A DNA stretch of 63,969 nt, counting the filler, from Bipalium vagum (Eukaryota): the NCBI GenBank assembly GCA_037834085.1. It is 3 parts of 3 records of this genome, joined end to end, with 100 filler letters (N's around TTAATTAATTAA, not from the genome) between each part and the next. Parts side by side here need not be neighbours in the genome. Positions count along the whole stretch, not along the records: positions 1 to 27,980 come from JBBMKC010070837.1; positions 28,081 to 47,024 come from JBBMKC010015082.1; 1 more part is not named here. One strand, 5' to 3'. Under the pieces are notes generated by a model that saw only the letters and a list, made by a program, of their open reading frames with translations, was not told the DNA's origin and did no database searches. Every line of letters starts with the position of its first letter. The first letter of the stretch is position 1. A program made the translations under genes and the position numbers. Positions 1-29,125 of the stretch are shown here, piece after piece.

Positions 1-66
<66 letters not shown>
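1..66. repeat. (TAA)n microsatellite
   Basis: Direct reading. Confidence 0.95.
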
Positions 67-67
<1 letters not shown>

Positions 68-998
68 TTACATGTTATCAATAAAATTAAAATTCACATA
101 TTTTTTTTTGGAAACATTTTTTTTCTCTCTTCATTTAACATTTTTATAGAAATTATAAATTATTATTATTAATTTTTAAAAAATACTTAATAATATTCAT
201 TATATAATATTAATAATTTTAAATATTTCTTTAAAGATTATTAATTTTTTGATTTCATTGGCAAAATTCTGATTTATATTTTTATTTATTTTTCAATAAA
301 TTAATTTTAATGTTTTAAATAATTGATTTTTTATAACTTTATTGATATTTAATTAAAATAGTTAAAAGAAACCATTTAGTAATTTTTTTTATTTTTAGAA
401 ATACATTTTTGAATTTTTACTTTTTTTTATGAAAAGATCAATGAAAGTAATCTTCTTTTAGCGAGTAAGGAATAGAGATGAATACAATAAAATTCAGATA
501 ATACATAAACTTGTGATATTTAGATTATTGATTATTTATAAAATTTTAATTAATTTAAAATAGTTATAATTAATACACAGCTTTTTTTTATAAGAAAAGA
601 TATTTCACAATTCATGATATTCTCGGACAATCACACTCAGTTCTAAAGTTATAGTCTCCATTGGTCATAATATTTTGGTAATAATAATAATTGAAATTTA
701 TTGATTGTGTCGTGGAATTCAACTGAATAAAATTTCTATAGGTCAAATTAAAATTTGTTATTTTAAAAATTTTGGAGGAATTCAGTTCCACACTCGTTAT
801 TATCAATTTATAGACTATATTTGCTTTGCATTTATGCATCCAGCATGCTCTTTACAGATAATTTTGACTTTTCTTTTAATGATTGATTTGCATTTTCTTT
901 ATCAGCATGATTTTTTCAATTTTTCTGAGGTCCTTGTAAAGAGTGTTAATACTTTTGTCCCTGATAAATATTATAGCTTTTCATTATTATTATTATTA

Positions 999-1033
<35 letters not shown>

Positions 1034-2710
1034 TTATTTTTATTTTTATATTAAGTATTCTTTGAATTTTATTTATAAATATTTAAAAATAATATTAGAT
1101 CTTTATTTATTATTTCCATTTTTTATTATTATCAGTGAATTAATTTATATTTAATTTTTGATTTGTTTGTTTTTTTTGGTGTGGGAAAAATCATTTAAAT
1201 TTAAATAATTTTTTATAGTCGTTCGTGGTAAAAATGATATTATTTATTATTAATTAAATCGATTTATTTTTAGGAAACCATTGAATTATTATTTTCTTAA
1301 AATAATTTATTAAAATTTGTGAATCAATATTTTTCAAATCTACACAATTAATAAAACTAAAACAAAGTGACTTTGCTCATTTAAATTAAAATAAAAATGG
1401 AATCATTTTCCCACAAAATTATTGGATTTTTTATATTATATTTAAATGTTTCTTAAAATTTGTCTTTTAATTTTAATCAATTATTGTTATTATTATATTT
1501 TTTTCTCCACCACTTTAATTGTCGTTGTTGGATAGATAAAATGGTTTACTGATAAAAATAAAATTCAGCTTTTCGATTGTAATGTGCCTGATCGATAAAG
1601 TTTCTAATAAAGACCCACTATTGCCAAATAAATGAAAATCGTCTAATAATGTCTAAATGTGAAATTCTACGATAAATAGTTAGATGTGCTAAATCACTTT
1701 CACATACAAATGTTATCTTTTTCGCACAGATTTTCGTACTAATGTATACTGGTCTTTGAATGTCAATATAATCTTGAGTAAAATAATCTTGGAAAGTAAA
1801 ATATTTGTCTTGCGATTTAATTCTGGAAATAAATGCAATATATATATGCATTGATTTGAACACATGATTTGAGATTTTAATATAATTAATTATGAATAGA
1901 ATTATAAATAAAATTTGTAAAATATCTAAAAAAATATATGTTAGTTTATTATCAATTTTATTTTATATATTTATAAGTTTTAATAATATTTTAAAAAATA
2001 ATATAATGATGAAGAAATTGAAAGAAATATCAGGGTCTCGGAAGTTTAGAACCAAATTAATAATTCGAGAGGAAAACAAATTTAATAGTCAATGAAAATT
2101 AGACAATTAATTTTCGGTCTGGAAACTAATGCGAATCTTTCGACTGATAATGAGAAAATCCATAGGAAGTAAAATATTAATTGCTATGGAATCAATATAT
2201 TGACTTTATAAATTCTTTTTATCTCTAATTATGTACTTTTTCATTTCCATTCTAATTCTGATACTTTATTTCATTTATAGACTTCAAAATGAAATCAAAT
2301 ATTTTTCTCAGATTTCGGTTCAATTTTTTTCTTCAGTCTTTTCATTAATCTTGTTTTGTTTTCTTTCTGCAATAAACAGACTTTTTGATATTTTTATCTG
2401 GAAAATCTCTCTCAGCATGATCTCTTCAGTTCAGTCATTTCTAAAACAATGTTTATTTCTAATTTTTAAATATAATCGATAATCGATAAAGAACGGGCAA
2501 CTCAATTCATTTATGTTACCTTTGAAGAAATCTATTCTATCTTATTGCATCCTGATTACTGAATATTCAAAACGTTACTATGGGGCCACCATGTGCTGCA
2601 CGTGTTGATTTGTCTTGGCATAAGTTATTACCTGTGGATTTGTACTATTCCAATATCGAATAAAAATCCATGGTGAATTTTAATTGTTTTTCGTGAATTT
2701 CGGAATCCAG

Positions 2711-19551
<16,841 letters not shown>

Positions 19552-20779
19552 TGAAATTTCCATATTATTATTGATTTATGAGAAAAATCTTTATAATCGA
19601 TATTTGTTTATAAAAATAAATTATTGTTAAATTGATTTCGGTCATTTTTTCCATTTAATTGAACTTGATGAGGAATTGAGGTCAACTTTCTCTCATTAAC
19701 TTTTTAGATGGAACTCAAAAGCTTTTTCTTTTGGAATTATAAAAATAAACTCAGCCATTATTTTATTACTATGCCGAAACCGGTTTCAGTTTGACATTGA
19801 CGTTAAACAATTCTCGATCAATTAATGCACATCGATTTTTATAAATGAAATCAGTGAAGAAAGTGTTCGGTTACAATTTTGTTATATTTGTCATATAAGT
19901 TTGAATAGAATGAGATCAATAATGAGAATTATGACAACTAAATTTCGTTGGCAGTAATTAATGAATTGGGGTCTGCCGAACGCGCACCGAGTACCGATTA
20001 TTTAGAGTCAAGGAATACATTTCTTGGTAGAAATCTGGAATCATTTGCATTATTCAACATGAACTCCTTTCGTCGAAATAAAATCAATTGTGAAAATTGC
20101 AAATTTTAATTGACTGTTGAAACCTTAAAACTTGGAGTTAAATCCCAACATAAATTAATTTTTCAGGTTCCTATTGGATTCCTATCAAATTATAACATTG
20201 TGATTTAACCAACTTTCCAACAAGCCTTTGTCTCTATTGAGTGTTGTGTTGGTATAAAGACCTTTTTATTTTTAATATTCCCTGTAGCTGTACCTCTATC
20301 TCGCCTGCACTGGTGTTTCTAATAACCTAGGATTGTGTGTATTTCACATCTCACATTGTCGATTCATTTCCAACTTCTTGATCCAGTACCTGATGTTTTG
20401 CTTTATTACCAGTTACTATTATTTGTCTGCTGATCTTTTTGTCATCTTTCATTCTACCGATTTTCAAATATTTTTCAGTTATTAGATTATAGCTGCGCTA
20501 CGTTTGATTAATGTACTTCTAGACTTTTACCAAGTTCTTCATGATTTTTATTGATAATTATAATTAGATTGCGATCTAATTACCAAACACAAGACTCCAC
20601 GAAAGTTGCTGTTTAAAAGAAAAATGTATTTGAGTATGCAATTTACAGTGAACCGGTAAACTAGTCGCCTGATTCGATATGTTTTTTCAAGGGAGTCTAA
20701 AAGTTAAGGGATGTTGTAAAAAATATAGAAGCAAACATAAGCATTGGTTCATTAGTTCTGACGTTAGAAAACATACCAA

Positions 20780-23430
20780 TATATGTTTTACGTGCAGTAA
20801 GAAAGGACATTTAAGTCCAAACTTTCCTCAGAAAAGGAGGACAAAGTCTGTTTTATAGCAAAGAAGTAAACCTGAAAACAGAAATTTTATAACATTTTAC
20901 TAATTAGAAAGAATAAAAAGACCAATGCCAGAATACATAAAGCAATTGTAATAAATTTGATTGAAATAAAGGAGTAAATATGAAATATGCTGTAGACTTC
21001 TGCAGAAAATTGAATGAGCTCCAAATATTGAGGAAATGAAAAAATTCATTCTCCAAAATTTGGTAAAATTGAAAACGGGGAGCGAAAGAAAAACCCATCC
21101 ACCCCATCCTGCTCAATCAACTCGATCGGCTTACTGATCCAATGGTTAATTTGACAGAAATTCTAAATTCTGCAAAAGAAACCTTGTTGCAAATATTTCC
21201 TGAAAAGGAAAGAAAGCAGGAAAAGCCGATAATGAAATCGCTAAATATAGGCAAGAAAACTTACTCGATCCAATATAGGTTCAATCAGAACCCGAAGGAA
21301 GTATTTGAATCCTTTATGCCATCGACATTTGCCTCGACTTATCCTTCGAAAGCGGAATTAGAAAGTCATTTTAGGAAACCGAGTCCCCCCGGGATTGACT
21401 TGGATTTCTATACAGACTTTCCACAATTTCCAGAATCAATTGATGAGGAGATTGATGTGAAGGATATTGAGTGTGCCTTTAAAAGCACCTTAAAATCATC
21501 ACCAGGGCGGATGGGATAACGTATGATGATTGGAGACTATATATTCCTTAGGAAATTTTATAATCATGTATCCCGCTTTCGAAAAATTCCCGATCAGTGA
21601 AAGTCCTTTAGGACTAAACTGATCCTTAAATCTGGGAAAGATTCGGAATCCACCTGGTGTCCTCTTGGTGGCCTATAGCTATTATGGACACATCGTATAG
21701 AATATATACGCTAATCCTTAACAAGCGATTCATTGGATGTCTCCAAGTATGAAAATTGTTAAGCCGGCATCAAAAAGCATTACTGTCTAACGACGAATGC
21801 GCCGAACACAATGGTACGCTCACAGCAATAATTGACCATTCTAAAGTTCAAAGAAAACCGGTGCATGTGTGCTGGATGGACATTGTGGATGCATTTGGCT
21901 TCATGCCTCATGAATCGCTGTGGCTTATCTTGTCATAAAGTGGATTAAAAATGATTCGATTGAACTAATCAAATCATTATATAGAGAAGTGACAACAGTC
22001 TATTAGTGTGGTTCCCAGGGTAAAAGAATGGGAACAGATAAAATTCTTAACGAATTTTGGATGATTTCCAAAGGGTGTTCAAATCCCGACTTCATCTGGC
22101 CCAGAAAATAGAATTTTTTAAAAAATTCTTACACCCCAGGCTTTTTTTCCACTTTAGAAATAGAGTGGTGGATACCTTAACATTGTCATCACCTTCGGCT
22201 AGACAAGGAGAGAGGAGGGAAAAAGGGGTTGGATTTGACGAGCTTGTCAGAAAGACATTGAGATCAATCACCGATACCACAATGATCCAAAGTACAAATA
22301 TTTCATATTTGTACACTCCTACGGCACATGTGGGTTTCGGTATAGTCCCTGCAAACGATGAATACCACATTTGCAGTGTGGTGCAGGGACTACGATTTCT
22401 GACAAGCAATGACCAGCACTGTAGATCACTCTTGACCCGATCCTTGCTAAATAATGTGAGGAAAACGTTTCGTATAGAAACTTCGGTCGATCTAGATTTG
22501 GCATTGAAATAATATCAAAAGAGATCTCAATGCCCAAAGCACATGGTGGACCAAGGAGCGAGTTTCAGTGAAGGCTCTCCGATCCAGAAGTATGGAATGT
22601 GAATTCCTTATTTTTGAGGAGGAGGAGGTAAAGCTAAAAATAACAATGGATTTGACTAACGGTGAGTCGACGAGTTATTTTTTCGGAAACAGGAATATAG
22701 ATGAGACCACAATGACTCTTTACTACATCAACAGGTGGATGAGTCACGTGGGCCAAGGTCGAGTCTTGGGTTGTTCCTCAATGAGTGTTTGATCCAATAA
22801 AATCTTGATGAACAATACACTGCCTGCAGCGCATTGGTTCTTCTTGATTAAATCCCGGAGTAATAATTTAGCATTAAAATATCGCCCTTTCAACATAGTG
22901 AAAGGAATAGATCTCTACTGTAGGCTCTGCAAAACTACAGTGGAAACACAAGCCCATGTGCTAAATCATTGCCCCGCCCGGCCAAACCAACCAACAGCGA
23001 AACACAATCACGTGTTAACGCTGTTGTTTAACTTTCTAAAGGACTCGGGATTGGACGTAGATATGGATGTATGTCCACACGATGTGCAAACCACACTACG
23101 ACCAGACTTAATTGTCTAATCCATAGAACAAGAGTTATTAGTCTCATCGACCTAAAAGTGCTATATTGACGAATTTTCGAATTTTTTTGAAGGTAGGAAG
23201 AGAAACCAAAAGAAATATGAAGGACTAGCTCAACAAATGGCCTTGCAACCCGCAAAAAAATCGATATCTGGATGATTAATCTTAGGTGCCTCGGCTCATG
23301 GGATGCAGAGAACGATAATGTACTCCGTCGAATTGGTTTCAAGGAGATGGACATTCATTGGTTATCAACCGATATGATTGCGTCTGTTATCGCCCAATCA
23401 TATCATATCTACCTAAAAAATGTAGGATGA
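20780..23430 (+). mobile_element. Degenerate RLE-type non-LTR retrotransposon (NeSL/Utopia/R5-like), RT-CCHC-RLE, with upstream zinc knuckle
   Basis: KSSPG, DECAEHN, VCWMDIVDAFGFMPHE, SRLHLAQKI..F..PRLFFHFR, YLYTP..GFGI, CRLCKTTVETQAHVLNHC, KHNHV, LRPDLIV, IDLKV, KKYE, GALGSWD.END. Multiple stops and frameshifts; YADD region deleted near 22020. 5' boundary uncertain. Confidence 0.88.
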
Positions 23431-23789
23431 GGGGGATGACTTGACTATTTAATAGTATTTTTATCTCTAATATCACAAAATTTAAACTTTTCAATACATC
23501 ATTATAAATATTGTCCTAAATACTCTCTGATTTCTTAATATTTTAAAAATTCTTGTAACTAAATATTGCTCTAATTTGTTACTTTCAATGAAATTTGTAA
23601 TTTAATCAATCTGTAATTAATCAATCACTTTAATCAATTCATAACCTCTCATAATTTTAGAAAATCATTAATGGCATAAATAACTTGGTAAATAATTTAT
23701 TCTTTAATCAACTCCAAAAATATTAATTACAACAATATTATAATGATGGTTAAAAAGACTTAAATATACAAATAATACTTTACAGTACT

Positions 23790-23960
23790 TTTTAACTTTA
23801 CTATCACAATATATATTATATTAAGTACTACTATCACTATTACATGCTTTATAATATATCCAATTAATTTTAAAAAATCCTTTTTATCTTATAATTAACA
23901 GTATTCTATTTCTATTATCATTATATATACCATATTAAGTACTACTATCACTATTATATA
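23790..23960. repeat. Degenerate AT-rich tandem repeat (~115-nt period)
   Basis: atattaagtactactatcactatta at ~23817 and ~23932. Confidence 0.55.
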
Positions 23961-24169
23961 AATAATCATTAATTATTATCTTTAAATCTTCCTAAATAAT
24001 GTTTTTAACTTATAAATATCTAATTAATAAAAGTAAAAATACTACTCTAAAGCTTTATTTATTTTCTTTCTTTCCTTTTTTTGATAATTTGTAAATATCT
24101 GAATATATTAAACACTTAAAATTATCAAGGCTCATGATAATTTTATACCGAGATCAATATATGTCATGA

Positions 24170-24360
24170 TTAGTTTGACATTCCAAGGCTCATGAGACGA
24201 GAACAAAAATGATGTATGGAGATCTCCTGAACGGATCAAGGTAGATGAGACAATTCAATATCCACTGCTCACGGTATATTGGATGATATAGTCTTCCAAG
24301 GAATGTTCCTTATCTCTAACACTTATTGTCTGAGTAGCCTGGAATACTAAGGCTCAATAG
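24170..24360 (+). mobile_element. Gypsy-like RT remnant
   Basis: TFQ(R)LMR and VY(L)DDIVF, each recoverable with a single-base frameshift. Confidence 0.45.
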
Positions 24361-24469
24361 TATGAGGGCAAAAGGAAAATAAGGTTTAGGAAATATATCT
24401 TGTTGCCTTATTTTCTATTGTATCGTATAATATCTTTTTATGGTGGTGGGTTATTTTCTTTTTTTTATT

Positions 24470-24700
24470 TTTTCTGAGGGCGTAGGTCCCAAAAACCTTG
24501 CATATAAAACACCATCCCAGTACAGTCCGAGAAACGATGTATAGATCTTAAATTTATTTGACTTCTTTTTCTGTGATATAATTTTATTTTGAGGTAAGGC
24601 ACAAGGTTTTTTCTCAAATATACGAAAGGATGATATGCAGGGGGGTTGGGAAATACAACCTCTGGACTCAGATAAGTACCAGTGTTTGTTTGAAGTCGGT
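24470..24700 (-). mobile_element. Possible DIRS/Ngaro-like RT remnant
   Basis: SQPPCISSFRIFEKK and SFLGLYWDGVLY resemble Ngaro/DIRS RT motifs PP...SP.G.VPKK and LLG..W.G..Y. Confidence 0.3.
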
Positions 24701-25807
24701 TTGTTGCTTGTATACATATGAGTATGATGACTTAGGGGTAGAAAATCCGCGCAACCGATGAGAAACTGAATTAAGTAAATTTTGTTTTTGTTTTTAACTT
24801 ACACAGCGCTCCCCTCCAAGCCGATTGATGACACAAGACGAGCCAATGACAGACGAATACTCAAAGACGAGAAATAAGAATCCAGTAAAAAACTGTACTG
24901 ACAGACGGAACCGAAGCTTTTAATAAAATAAATGTTGCTTTTTTTAATGAAAATGAAGAAAGAGAACGGGAATACTAATAGAAATGCGTTCAGTACAAAA
25001 TTCAGATATATAAATAAAAACACTATAGCAGGTATGTGCAGTAATTTCATAAATTAGAAGGATTATAACAGTCAAAAGAAGAAACTTTGGAGCCTTTACA
25101 AGATTGGATAAGGGATCAAGTAGAGGAAAAATATTGGCGACAGATGTTTTGCTCGCACTAGGAATCCAACTTTTAATTCAGTTTAAAGAAAAAAAGTAGC
25201 TGAAACAACACAAAAACTATTGTAAAGTCTTATTGAATTTTACTATTGAATTTGACTTAATTTATAAGTTATTAAAATATCATAAAGTAGCAAGATCTCC
25301 AGGACCATTAGGTAATAAAACTGAAAAAAATACGTAACATTAGTCAGATGAGAAGGATAAAAAACAAAGGAGATTGTTAATTCAATAATGACAGTGTGAG
25401 ATTTGGTTTAAAGAATTAATAATCAGCATTATGAAAGTTAAAAATTACTTATTAAAGGAAGCCACTTAATCAGCAAAATAGTTATTAGAAAATGGATTGT
25501 TGGAACAAAGAAATAATGAAGAGGTTTTATCAAGAGAAACAACAAAAACGAAAAAAAGAAATTATACAAAATCAATGTACATATATACTGATAAAGAAAA
25601 AAGTATAATACAGACAGAATTACAAAAATAGAGATGATCCAGTAAGTCTGGAAAAATGGGAAAGCGAAGTATTCTTAGCACTACGGACCTGGAGAACAAA
25701 GTGTAAGTGTTTGGTTCGACGTTTAATGCGAGAATTAATCTCGAAAATATAAAATGCTAACTATAAATATAGGTTAGACATGGGCTCACTAACTCCTTCA
25801 AAGGTAG

Positions 25808-26665
25808 TGTAACAAATGAGTGTTCTAAGATACGAACTAAATCTAACTATAATTAACTTAGATAACACGATTTTATTACAAAAATATATTTTTAAAACAA
25901 TACAACTATTTCTGAGCAATAATATCTAGTAAATAATTAATTAATGTCTTCTTGGTTTTATGATAACCGAAGAAGCCCTGATGTCAAAAATACGTATTCT
26001 GTCGCCTAGAGCGAAGCAGAACCGATTTGCTCAGAGAAAATAACTGAAATAAGAAAATATAATAAAAGGAACGTATTGCAGAGTATTTACTCTGAATCCG
26101 TTAAGTATTAGTTAATTAATTTATTTGACTCAAAAGAGATTGATTTGTAAAATAGCAAAAGCGTATTTTATATACCTTTTATTACCGGCTGTAGCTTGTT
26201 AAGACGAAGTTAAGTGCGAATTGAATACGAAAACCAGGAGTTTATATACACCTGACTTTCACATTTCTGATCTCTTGATTGGTTTAAAAAAAACTTTCTA
26301 TTAATAGAGTAATATTTGGGTTGTTGTTATTTAAAGAAAGTTCTTATATTATAGAACTTACTAAATATATCCACCCATATATTAATATTCACTCATATTA
26401 ATGTATTTATAGTAAATTTCATTTTTTGAATCATTATTATTCATTTTAAATATTTGTATTAGTTTTGTGGGTTAAGTTTTAATTAATTTCAACCCAAAAT
26501 TTTTATTATTATTATATTTATTTATTTTAATTAAAAACAAATTTATAATTTAAATATTATTATTTTTTATAAAATATAAAATTACATAAGGAGTCCGAAA
26601 TAAAAGGAAAGTAAGCCTAACAAGGCTTTTTCATGCAAATTCACAAAAATTAATAAATTGTTACA
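25808..26665 (-). mobile_element. LTR-like sequence (solo LTR candidate)
   Basis: TGTAACAA...TTGTTACA termini; minus-strand TATA (~26170) and AATAAA (~25875); no TSD seen. Confidence 0.5.
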
Positions 26666-27980
26666 TGTCAATTATGAGCTGTGGAGAATCACGGTCCATC
26701 AGCTCTTGATTGGTTTGTTGTGGTTCCGATTCCTTTGTAATCTCTGTTTTAGAATTGCTTACGGGTGCAGTGGGTGCTAAGACCTCTTTTTCTATAGATC
26801 TCAACAAAAGCAATATGATTTGAAAAAGAATGTACACGAAATCCTTAAAAGTTTAAATAAATCTATAAATTGAAAATATAAGTTGGCCAAAATGTACAAG
26901 GATATCCCTCGTACACGGAGTAATATGGTAATAAAAAAATTATAAAGCAAACATAGAATAGTCGAATGAACCTACTTCAGTTATGATGGTCGATCCATAC
27001 ACAAAATTTGTTCTCGAGGCTCTTTTTGCATAGGTCGAGTATTAATATTAATATTAATAATAATAATGTTTCAATGTTTTATAATCCAACAAATACAAAA
27101 AAGGGTTACTATTGTTAATTTCGTTTTATAATGGATAACGGACATTGGGTAATCACAGTTTTTTTGTTGGAAGTATTATAATAAACCCAATAATCGCCAC
27201 TTGCCATAACTTAGTAATAAAATGTCAGACAGGCTTTGACGTCCGTTAAATATTGAAAAATAATTATATTCCTTACTTTATTGAATAAATAATTCAATCG
27301 ATAAATATAGATTTATAATAATAAAAAATAACTAATGAGCATAAGCTCTGAATCCATAAGCTCCGTCAATGTCAGCCCAGAAGAAACCGAAACGAAAACC
27401 AAAGGTTTTTATGAATTTAAAATTGATTTTAATCTGAAAAGTAAATTCAAAATAAATTTTAGAGAAGGCCCGTTCAAACACGATGAAAGAGGCGAAAAGC
27501 GTGGAGTTTGCTATGGAAAATATAATGGAAAGAGAATATCAAAATGTTGGCAGAGATGGTAAATTTCGCTAATAATTACGTGGAAATCATTTTCCGTTAA
27601 AACCTTTTCACTATGTTCAGAGAGTAAAATCAGAAACGGAAAATCCTTCAGCTTTGCAATCAATAAAGATATAGACGCTTTTACCACTTTGACCAAATCA
27701 TCCTTCACGATCAAAATTGATGACAATATTGAAGGTATGCGTGAAAATAGCGATACCTTTCATACGGCTTCTTTTTTACGGCAACGAGAAGAAATCTTCA
27801 GAAATAAGAAAAGGTTAAGTCGCAGTAAGTTAACTTCTTCAATGTTAAAAACTTAAAAACATACATTGATCATAATTTTTCATTCCTATTACCTCCATTT
27901 TCACTATTTCTAATTAAAAATCATTTCAAAATTCTAATAATAATAACTAATGAAAATTATTATTATTATTATTATTATTA

Positions 27981-28080
27981 NNNNNNNNNNNNNNNNNNNN
28001 NNNNNNNNNNNNNNNNNNNNNNNNTTAATTAATTAANNNNNNNNNNNNNNNNNNNNNNNNNNNNNNNNNNNNNNNNNNNN
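27981..28080. other. Assembly gap with artificial linker (44N-TTAATTAATTAA-44N)
   Basis: Symmetric 100-nt block containing the six-frame stop linker. Confidence 0.97.

Positions 28081-28153
<73 letters not shown>
28081..28153. repeat. (TAA)n microsatellite at contig end
   Basis: Direct reading; (ATT)n on the other side of the gap. Confidence 0.95.
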
Positions 28154-28159
28154 GATAAG

Positions 28160-29125
28160 ACCAAGCAAGATTCGCTTTCAGTCCCCGTAAACACTAATAT
28201 GTCGTGTCAAGATAAACTATTGCTTTCTTTATACCACCGACGACCTTCGTCATTATCTTTTGAAATGTCCCTGGGGCTGCTGCTATTCTAAAAGGCATCC
28301 TAGTAAAAAAAATACTGTCCTTCCTTGGTAGAAAAAGCTGTCTTAATCTTTGATGCTTCCTCTAACTCAATTTGATAGTTCATTATCTAAGTCAATGGAA
28401 CTAAACTACTTTGCCCCGCCCAAGGCGTTTAGCATCTCATTCACATTCGGCATTTGAAATGCCTGCATTTCTGTCACTACATTTAACTGTCGAAAATCCA
28501 ATCATATGCGGATATCTTTCTTCTCCTTCTTCCACATACAAATCAACAGTGTGTTACAAGGTGAATTACATTTCTTAATAATTCCATTATCGTATATGTT
28601 CTTGACAGTATCTCGTATCTGTCTAAAAGGTTTAAGATTTATCGATTCTCCTGTTGTCCAGATATGGTGTTTTGGTAAGTTGGTACATCCGATATCACAC
28701 TTATAGGCCATAAAAACATCTTTATTCTCTTTTATTATCTGCACCAGTTACCGGCTGCTAGTCACTCCTATTATTTCTACTGCCCCCTGATTTTATTGCC
28801 AAGCCTCCCTTCAATATTACACATATATAAATCTTCTCTCCTTCAGTTTTGGTCTTCCCAGAATTTTCTCTAACTAATCTAAATTCGAGTCCCTTACCAT
28901 CTGTAAATTTATTTCACCGATTAAATCCGGTGTAACTTCCTCTACTACCAAAAAATTCACCAGTTTTGACTCGTTTCCATCCTCACCAGAATTGAACATT
29001 TTCCAACTATTTATAGTGAGTTCTTGTTCGCACACCGCAACCTGTCACTGTTTCTTACTACTTCGACGTCTAAGCTTATTCAAAGCTTTAATACTCATCA
29101 CATTGACCCCAGCTCCCGTAAATTT
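28160..29125 (-). mobile_element. Ty3/Gypsy protease-RT fragment (pseudogenised)
   Basis: TGAGVNVM (protease); DIGCTNLPKHHIWT, GIIKKCNSPCN, LDFRQLN, FSSIDL, KIKTAFSTKEGQY..RMPF..AAPGTFQ. Confidence 0.85.

Noticed and set aside
705-1154. 149-aa ORF with poly-Leu that looks like a membrane protein
   Set aside because: The Leu run comes from a (TTA)n microsatellite. No motif is present, and the opposite strand has only faint Tc1-like remnants.
28025-28036. TTAATTAATTAA as a biological palindrome or piggyBac TTAA site
   Set aside because: Centred in identical N spacers; an assembly linker.
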